Source of the DNA: a virus
Length of the DNA stretch: 64,000 nt
Strand: one strand, 5' to 3'
IMG/VR virus record: IMGVR_UViG_3300022602_000033
A model generated the notes under the pieces. That model searched no databases, had not been told where the DNA came from, and was given only the letters and a program-made list of their open reading frames with translations. Made by a program: the position numbers and the translations under genes. Position 1 is the first letter of the stretch; every line of letters begins with the position of its first letter. Shown piece by piece: positions 56,301-64,000 of the stretch.

Positions 56301-59300
56301 GATGTTACCACCCACGCCTATGCCACCTATGGTTACCACACCACCGGAAGTTGTGTTAGTGCTGATGCTCTGTGCGTTGCTGAGCCAGATGTTGCCAAAC
56401 ACAGCTCCGCCGTATATCACACCTGGATAGCTGTCAGCATTCTGGTCCGTGACATTGAGTAGACCCGGTGCCACGTTGGTGAGGAAGATCAGCCTATCTG
56501 TGCTGTCCTGCCAGCCAAGGAACGCATGGTTGAATCCCGCAAGCTCGCCATTGAACGGCGGATCCTTGTAGTAGTCCATGAACAGGCCACGGTCAAATCC
56601 ATCGTCAACTACCAGAGGTGTGCCGCCAGTGCCAATGCCCAGCTGCACGGTTGGATTGGTGATGCTCAAGCTCTGGACCGTGATGGTGGTGCTGTTACCG
56701 CCAAGGGTTAGGTTTCCAGTAACCTGCAGGTTACCTGTGATCTTGCTGTTGCCAAACGCTTGCAAGCCACCGCTGGTGATGCTGATAGTGGTATTGCTGG
56801 TCAGACCATTGACCACTGCAGCACCGGCGCTCTGTATGGTGCTGTTGCTGCTGAGGCTGCCTACCAGTGCTTGTCCGCTGCTCTGCAGCGTGGCGCCAAA
56901 CACGTTGGTGTTGCTGATGAGATTATTAACCGTGGCTGTGCCGCCAACCTGTATGGCACCGTTGCTGTTCATGCTGGCGAATATTGCAGCGCCGCTGCTG
57001 GTTATAGTGCCAGTGCTGATGCTGCTGTTAACGGTGAGATTGGCTATCTGTGCATTGCCAGTGACGTTGAGATTAGCAGTGGTGGTATAACCATTGCTGG
57101 TGACGTTGCCAAACTGTGCAGTGCCATTGCTCACGATGGTGGCACCAAACACATTGTTGTTTGATATCAGTGCGTTGACTGTGGCAGTGCCTGCGGCCTG
57201 TATGGTGCTGTTGCTCCAGATCTGCGTGCCAACTATGGTACCATTTGAGTTAACACCGCCGACAGTGAGATTGCCGTTGGCCTGTATGAAGGTGTTGCTG
57301 TACAGAGCATTTACAGTGGCAGTGCCTAGGCCCTGTATGGTTGTATTTGCTATTAGACTATTGACTTCAGCAGCGCCAGTGGCATTGAAGGTAGCAGTTG
57401 TGGTGTTGGTGTTGCTGATCAGGCTGCCAACTATGGCACCACCTGCGCCCACGTTCAGAGATGCTGTGCTGGTAGCTGTGTTGACATTGAGGCTGTTGAC
57501 CTGTGCCAGACCTGCGATGTTGAGGTTGGCGCCGTAGACATTGGCATTGGCTATCAGTTGATTAACCGTGGCCAGCCCAGTGCTCTGTATGGTGCCATTG
57601 CTGTACACGTTGCCTGCCCAAGCAGTGCCTGAGATGTTGAGATTGGCACCAGTGATGTTGGCATTGGCCAGCAGGCTGTTTACCGTGGCAGCGCCCGCAG
57701 CCTGTATGGTGGTGTTGCTGTTGATGCTAGCGACAACCGCAGCACCGGTGCTGTTCAAAGTGTTTGTCGTGGTGTTGTTGTTTGATATCAGGCTGCTGAC
57801 CTGCGCTAACCCAGTGCTGTTTAAGGTAGCACCGGTGATGTTGTTGTTGCTGATCAGGCTGTTGACCTGAGTCAATCCGCTGGTGTTCAGTGTTGCACCG
57901 TAGATATTGGTGTTAGCAATCAGAGCATTGACCGTGGCTGTGCCACCAACTTGTGCAGTGGTATTGCTGATCAAGCTGTTGACCTGCTCCAATCCACTGT
58001 TATTGAGCGAAGCAGTGGTGATGTTGGTATTGGACACCAAAGCATTGACCGTGGCAGTACCACCTATCTGAGCAGTGGTGTTACTGATCAAGCTACCAAC
58101 CTGGGCCAACCCAGCTATGTTGATGTTAGCACCGTAGATGTTTGCGTTGCTGATCAATTGGTTGGTGGTGGTCAATCCAGCTGTCTGGGTAAAGCCGTTG
58201 CTGTAGACATTGCCCGCGCTCAGTGTGCCAGTGATGCCAATCGAGCCAGTGGTTATGCTGGTGTTGACCACCAAGCTGTTCACAGTGCTCTGACCGCTGC
58301 TCTGCACTGTGGCGCCAAACACGTTGTTGTTGCTGATCAAGCTGTTGACGTATGCCACACCTGCAATGTTGATGTTGGCGCCATAGATGTTGGCATTGCT
58401 GATCAAGCTGTTTACCTGTGCCAATCCAGACGTATTAACAGTAGCACCATAGATGCTGGTGTTGGCAATCAGGGCATTTACCGTGGCTGAACCAGCAGCC
58501 TGTATGGTGGTATTGCTGCTGAGGCTGTTGACCGTTGCCTGTCCGCTGCTCTGCACAGTCGCACCAAACACGTTGGTGTTGGCCACCAGTGCGTTTACCA
58601 GGGCCAAACCTGTGGTGTTCAAGGTAGCAGTGGTGGTGTTGGTGTTGCTGATCAGTGCATTGACAGTAGCAGTGCCCAGTGCCTGTATGGTGGTATTGCT
58701 GACCAAGCTGTTGAGCTGTGCTAGCCCACTGGTGTTCAGCGTGGCGCCCGAGATGTTGTTGTTGCTGATCAGCGCAAACACCTGTGCCAAGGTCTTGACG
58801 TTCACGAAGGTGCTGGTGATGTTGGTGTTGCTGATGAGATCGTTTACTGTGGCCAGACCACGAGCATTCAGCGTGTTGGTGGTGGTGTTGGTGTTGGCCA
58901 CTATCTCGTTTAGCGTGGCCACACCGATGCTCTGTATGGTGGTGTTGCTGATCAAGCTGTTCACATAAGCAGCACCGTCCACCTGTATGGTGGTGTTGCT
59001 GATCATGCTGCCTGCCTGCAGCAGTCCGCTGATGTTGAGGCTGGCAGTGGCTATGCTGGTGTTTACAACCAATCCGCCCAGATCGCTTTCGCCTGCCACG
59101 CTGAACCTTCCGCGTATGCTGGCATTGGTCATCACATCCAGTGCGCTGCCAGGTGCAAACGTGCCTATGCCAACCCTGCCAACTGTGATCAAACCATCGC
59201 TGGGAGCAGTCTGCACACCTGCATAGGCCGATCCTATGGCTGTGCCGCCGCCAATGTCCAGAGTGTTGACCGGCACGGTTATGCCACCCACACCTGTGCC

Positions 59301-61802
59301 GGTCTTGGTAAATGCGATATTAGTCAGCACAGATCCTGCGTATTGAAGATAACCGTAAGCAGTAGTTGCCCCGCTGTTGAATCCAACTACTGCGCCGTCA
59401 CTGGCAGCGTTACCCACGATTATCTGTTGATCAGCACCGTTGGTGGTATTAAACAGTGCAGGACTGCCACCATAAACGCCCAAACTGTTGTTGAGCACGC
59501 TGGTACCAATGCCCAATCGAGCATTGACCTTGTCAAAGGCAAAGTTGCTCTGTCCAGCGAACGACCCAGCATCGTTGAACTGCACGCTGCGATCTGGACC
59601 AGCAGCCGATGTGCCTGCCGAAGTCTTCTGGAAGCTGCCGTCAGGGAAGTATATGCCTGTGCCAAACGTAGCAACATTGATGTTACCACCATAGACTAAT
59701 AGGTTATCACCTATCTTGATGTTGCTGCTGCCTATGCCCACACGGCCATATATCTGATGCACGTTGCCATAGGTAAGCAAGAGGTTACCGCTGACAGTAA
59801 GCGGTTGTGCAGGCATGTTTGTGCCTATGCCTAGGCGAACATTGCCGTTGTCCCAGAAGAATGCGCTGGTATTGCCGCTAAACACGTTGGCATTGCCAGC
59901 AAACTGTATGGTACCTGGCGCACCATAGCTGGGTGTGTAGAATGCAGCAGTGTTTTGGAATGTGCCATCACTGAAAGTGATGCCACTGGTAGTAGCAGTG
60001 TTGGCAATGTAGATGTTGCCCATGTAATTGGCAGTGCCAAGCACGCTGAGCACGTTGCTGCCTGTGACTGTGAGAGTGCCTATGGCCGCATTGGCATTGG
60101 CCACTATCCTGCCAAATCTGCCAACTCCTGCTGCCTGCACAAAGGTGTTGCTGGTCAAGCTGTTGACTGTTATGTCCTGTGCTACACCAACGTTTCCAAA
60201 CTGGAAATTGCCAGCAACGGTGAGATTACCGCCAATGACCAGATTGTTGCCAATGCTTTGGCTGTGGATCACATTGACGTTGCCGGCTGAGATGTTGCCA
60301 GTGACAGAGAACGATGGTGTGCTGATGCTGTTAGCCACCGTGAGCACACCAGTGCCATCCAGCGTCATCACCGGAGTGATGCCACCATACCATGCGAAGC
60401 TATATGTGCTGTTGTTCTGTGGCACGCCAGTCCACAGCACTGCGTTATCTATGCCTATGGCATAGTCCGTGTTAGAACCATCAACCTGATCAAACAACAC
60501 CAGCTTGCTGCCCGTGCTGCGGGTGACAAAGCTAGGTGGTGCATATCCGGTGATGCCAAAGTCTATGTAGTTGCCAAAATAGTTGTTGAGCGAGATCGTA
60601 CCACCGCTGATGGTCACGCAACCACTGATCTGCGCAGTACCCGTGTTGTTCCAGTTGCCCACGCTGTCCAGCTGTGCTATAACGCATCCACCGCCGTAGT
60701 AATTGTAGAAAGCACCACTGGGTATGGTGAAGCTCATGGCAGGGGTGGGATCTATGCCAAGGCTGTAGGGTATGTCCACACCATCGTTGTAGAGATTGAT
60801 CTTGGTGCCTGCACTGCCTGGACCGTAGCTGGGATAGTCCACGCCGTTGATGCCAAAGTCTATGAGATTGGCCGTGGCATTGTTGAGACTGACGAGGCCC
60901 CCGTTGACCTGCAGGGTGGTATTGCCGGCATACCAGGCAAAGTTGCTGGCATCGCCGCTGAATGTGTTGTCGTTGCCAGCGAACTGTATGGTGCCTGGTG
61001 GGCCATAGCTGGGCGTGTAGAAAGCAGCTGTGTTTTGGAACGTGCCATCTGGGAAGAGGATACCGCTGCTGGTGCTAGCGGTGTTGCCTATGTGTATGTT
61101 GCCGTAGATGTCCAGAGGATACTGCACTGTAGCAGTGCCTATGCCCACGTTAACGTTGGCAATGATCTGGTTGGCCTGCACATAGCTGGCAGCAGTTACG
61201 CTGCTGTCGCTTTGGATCAGTGCTCCGCTCAACAGTGATCCTGCACGCACAAAGGTATTGCTGGTTAGGCTGTTGACTGTGAGATCTTGGATGCCGCTGA
61301 TGTTGGCAACGTTGATGTTGCCGCTGATGTTGATAGCACCAGACACATAAAGGTTACCACCTATGCTAGCGCCTCCAACCACCTGCAGCGCCCCACTACC
61401 CGGAGTGGTGGTAGCTGTGTTGCTGAATATAGTGAGGTTGTTGGTGTTTAGCCTCGTACCACCAGCATCCCAATAGAGATTGCTGCTGTCACCCCTGAAG
61501 GTGTTGCCTGTGCCTGCAAACTGCAGGGTGTACTGTGGTCCGTAGCTCTGCGCAGCTTCATACTGGAAGCTACCATCTGGGAACACCAATCCGTAGCCCA
61601 CAGTGTTGATGGTGATGTTGCCACCAGCCACGTCCAGCCTGCTGCCCTGAGGTACTGTGCTGGTGCCGATGCCCACATTGCCACTGATAATAGCACCGTT
61701 GGCTATCTGAGGCGTGGCGGTGCTAGTGTATGTCCCGACTACTAGGTTGCTAGTGACCTGTAGTCCGTTCTTGACTACAAAGTCTTGATTGCGTGCGGCC
61801 AC
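50361..61802 (-). CDS. Giant (3813 aa) repetitive fibre protein, putative trunk of the fibre system
   Basis: GTG start; N/T/S/G/A-rich 17- and 22-aa repeats, FPDG..Q and GNVGIGT motifs, four C-proximal beta-sandwich domains plus terminal L.DIS..FDG domain. Confidence 0.85.
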   Translation of the reverse strand: MAARNQDFVVKNGLQVTSNLVVGTYTSTATPQIANGAIISGNVGIGTSTVPQGSRLDVAGGNITINTVGYGLVFPDGSFQYEAAQSYGPQYTLQFAGTGNTFRGDSSNLYWDAGGTRLNTNNLTIFSNTATTTPGSGALQVVGGASIGGNLYVSGAINISGNINVANISGIQDLTVNSLTSNTFVRAGSLLSGALIQSDSSVTAASYVQANQIIANVNVGIGTATVQYPLDIYGNIHIGNTASTSSGILFPDGTFQNTAAFYTPSYGPPGTIQFAGNDNTFSGDASNFAWYAGNTTLQVNGGLVSLNNATANLIDFGINGVDYPSYGPGSAGTKINLYNDGVDIPYSLGIDPTPAMSFTIPSGAFYNYYGGGCVIAQLDSVGNWNNTGTAQISGCVTISGGTISLNNYFGNYIDFGITGYAPPSFVTRSTGSKLVLFDQVDGSNTDYAIGIDNAVLWTGVPQNNSTYSFAWYGGITPVMTLDGTGVLTVANSISTPSFSVTGNISAGNVNVIHSQSIGNNLVIGGNLTVAGNFQFGNVGVAQDITVNSLTSNTFVQAAGVGRFGRIVANANAAIGTLTVTGSNVLSVLGTANYMGNIYIANTATTSGITFSDGTFQNTAAFYTPSYGAPGTIQFAGNANVFSGNTSAFFWDNGNVRLGIGTNMPAQPLTVSGNLLLTYGNVHQIYGRVGIGSSNIKIGDNLLVYGGNINVATFGTGIYFPDGSFQKTSAGTSAAGPDRSVQFNDAGSFAGQSNFAFDKVNARLGIGTSVLNNSLGVYGGSPALFNTTNGADQQIIVGNAASDGAVVGFNSGATTAYGYLQYAGSVLTNIAFTKTGTGVGGITVPVNTLDIGGGTAIGSAYAGVQTAPSDGLITVGRVGIGTFAPGSALDVMTNASIRGRFSVAGESDLGGLVVNTSIATASLNISGLLQAGSMISNTTIQVDGAAYVNSLISNTTIQSIGVATLNEIVANTNTTTNTLNARGLATVNDLISNTNITSTFVNVKTLAQVFALISNNNISGATLNTSGLAQLNSLVSNTTIQALGTATVNALISNTNTTTATLNTTGLALVNALVANTNVFGATVQSSGQATVNSLSSNTTIQAAGSATVNALIANTSIYGATVNTSGLAQVNSLISNANIYGANINIAGVAYVNSLISNNNVFGATVQSSGQSTVNSLVVNTSITTGSIGITGTLSAGNVYSNGFTQTAGLTTTNQLISNANIYGANINIAGLAQVGSLISNTTAQIGGTATVNALVSNTNITTASLNNSGLEQVNSLISNTTAQVGGTATVNALIANTNIYGATLNTSGLTQVNSLISNNNITGATLNSTGLAQVSSLISNNNTTTNTLNSTGAAVVASINSNTTIQAAGAATVNSLLANANITGANLNISGTAWAGNVYSNGTIQSTGLATVNQLIANANVYGANLNIAGLAQVNSLNVNTATSTASLNVGAGGAIVGSLISNTNTTTATFNATGAAEVNSLIANTTIQGLGTATVNALYSNTFIQANGNLTVGGVNSNGTIVGTQIWSNSTIQAAGTATVNALISNNNVFGATIVSNGTAQFGNVTSNGYTTTANLNVTGNAQIANLTVNSSISTGTITSSGAAIFASMNSNGAIQVGGTATVNNLISNTNVFGATLQSSGQALVGSLSSNSTIQSAGAAVVNGLTSNTTISITSGGLQAFGNSKITGNLQVTGNLTLGGNSTTITVQSLSITNPTVQLGIGTGGTPLVVDDGFDRGLFMDYYKDPPFNGELAGFNHAFLGWQDSTDRLIFLTNVAPGLLNVTDQNADSYPGVIYGGAVFGNIWLSNAQSISTNTTSGGVVTIGGIGVGGNINVGGQVSNFTGNVNISGSNTATSATTGALTVAAGAGILGNLYVGGNLVANNGAQFSYVVASNAITAASIFSNGIIQTASALVAASIDSNGTIVGSNFFSNGAVQASGNVTAGGLNANGTIVGSQIWSNSTIQAAGNITVGGVNSNGSIVASQITSNSTIQAAGNVYLNQLYGNGIIQTVGTVVAAAVNSNGTIVGANIYSNGFVQGGAFTAASLNSNGAVVASSMVSNGLITAAGTVTAAAINSNGVIVGTGIYSNSFVQGGAFTAASLNSNGTIVGNNIYSNTTIQAVGNVTVGNLTSNGSITTTGVSGNISGVNTLFATKIGIGTTASLGLANTASIYGTENLYGNLVISNTAAGGSGIYFPDGTFLQTAATVAGVNESVQFNDNGKLGGTANFLFDKVNTRLGVGTTVAGLTNSFMVYGSTPAIFNTTNGADQQIEVGNGTTDGATLGFASGAGTAYGYLKYTGAASSMISFNKTGVGISGVTIPQNPLEVNGTTVIGSSWVGNNSFVNPPSNGLAVQGSVGVGTYTPLSTLDVRGVGSFSTALSTGGTASVSALIANNNVFGATLNTSGLAQVANLVSNGYITGASITTSGAGLFNSIISNTTVQSAGTATVNALIANNNVFGATLNTSGLAQLNSLISNNNITTATLNSTGAAQVLSLISNTTIQAIGTATVNALISNNNVFGATLNTSGLAQLNSIISNNNITTSTLNSTGLAQVNSLIANANIQGANLNITGTAFAGNLYSNGFIQAAGTVTVNALIGNNNVYGGTLQTSGLATVNALVSNTYIQAANLNITSAVIASSITSNTYIQAGTYALVNSLTSNVYGLFGQNVTINSTNASTASNNGALVVLGGAGIGGNVNAAGQQNNFTGNLLVNGANVSISPTTGALIVTNGAGIGGNLYVAGNVVVTSNISSQGQQNTFGGNLLVNGTNASTTSSTGALVVTNGVGMGGNLNVGGSRSLFINSVGIGTSSSTGVNSNVFAVYGTETLYGNLVLQNTAGQAGIYFADGSYLITAGGGGSYSNANVTSYLSGPVQIGNLTINNTTVSTSTTTGALLMGGGAGIQGNINIGGQQNNFSGNMIVAGANASTSSSTGALVITNGAGIGGNLNVGGNLTVSNAAQFSFVVASNSLVASSVISNSLITAAGTATVNAVVSNVYGAFGQNVTVLSSNTSISTATGALVITGGVGIGGNLNVGGTYNLFANNVGIGTSTATGVGSNVFAVYGTETLYGNLVIQKGVGSTAGIYFADGSYLITAGGGGSYSNVNVASYLSGNVSIGNLTITNATASTSSTSGALQMFGGAGIGGNLNVGSATTSTFAGNVGIGTASSLGATSNVMTVYGATNQYGNIVLRGTGTSSNVGIYFPDGTYQYTASMGGGGGGSTPGGSNTSIQYNFNGALGGSNGLVFFGNTNSVGIGTSAPAYNLDVWGNIHIGNSATGGSNGIVFADGTIQTSAPNAAVQTFTFTATAGQNTFSVYPYNPGPQGVNLTQVFVNGVYQRTSTYAWVGTNIVLTVGAVQYARVEIRITVPATSLTNVGSKIAGSNVFNVQTSGITVWNTGFVYTVGYLDLYLNGIKLTNGIDYTATNGTSVTFSAAPPVNSIVQLTGWNTNGVQQIQGNNVFNVQTSGITVWNTGFTYTVGYLDVYVNGVKLASGYDYTATTGTSVQFTNAPLKNSLVTFEGWTQGSTLGQLATQRKALYVASAGQTTFASQGPYVSPYVDVYLNGIKLIYGTDYTATDGSTVVLASGVLAGTNVEVVSSMTFAIGDVIRRTGDIFTGNVGIGTSANSNAFVVVGTSQYYGPSYFYGNINTTGSLTTSGGLALGGNLAITGTASISSNLTIGGTLTFPDGSTQNTSSQNQLQVLNDISTAFDGQTTTFNLYIGTSNINIATPQQLLVSVGGAVLAPFITNPDYIDLSEVTLFTRGYKLNNGHTIVFANAPRWQQDFSGRVLSNTAPVNNTVTYPFKPLNIALADG
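53800..59050 (-). repeat. Degenerate 17/22-codon coding repeats (G.A.VN.LI.N..I...) in giant fibre
   Basis: Dozens of units such as GLAQVNSLISNNNITGATLNST and GTATVNALISN, interrupted by non-repeat domains. Boundaries approximate. Confidence 0.8.
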
Positions 61803-61838
61803 CAGTTTCCCTTTCCACCAATGCCGTAATATGTCTGA

Positions 61839-61844
61839 TATTTA
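61839..61844 (-). promoter_or_regulatory. Late promoter core TAAATA
   Basis: CTGCTAAATATCAG on - strand upstream of the giant fibre gene. Confidence 0.65.
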
Positions 61845-61852
61845 GCAGGGTG

Positions 61853-64000
<2,148 letters not shown>

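Noticed and set aside
50902-61696. Numerous + strand ORFs (MLLL.., PVAPV..) opposite fibre and collagen genes throughout the window
   Set aside because: Antisense shadows of biased repetitive codons, with no RBS or recognisable domains.

Overview
Part of a large lytic dsDNA tailed phage genome (jumbo, T4-superfamily-like myovirus; roughly 55% GC by eye). The + strand (1-11853) carries an IscA/HesB Fe-S carrier, baseplate and fibre-anchor structural genes including a Gly-X-Thr collagen-like fibre, a short stand-alone DnaE (Pol III alpha) fragment, GroES and an RFC-like clamp-loader subunit with a mini-intein in its Walker A motif. The remaining ~52 kb (11861-64000) is almost entirely on the - strand. 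It is a fibre/adhesin locus of about 37 genes in 8-9 operons, each headed by a TAAATA late-promoter box: a 3813-aa repetitive fibre, about 25 smaller modular fibre proteins, small assembly chaperones and an embedded flavin-dependent halogenase. The most striking pattern is that the small fibres fall into a few N-terminal 'plug' classes whose counts and gene order match recurring 'socket' domains in upstream proteins (6:6, 3:3, and groups of about three after each C-terminal adaptor). This suggests a hierarchically branched, tree-like receptor-binding apparatus with about 20 different tips. That model is inference from sequence pattern only. No tRNA, CRISPR array, integrase or reverse transcriptase was seen.
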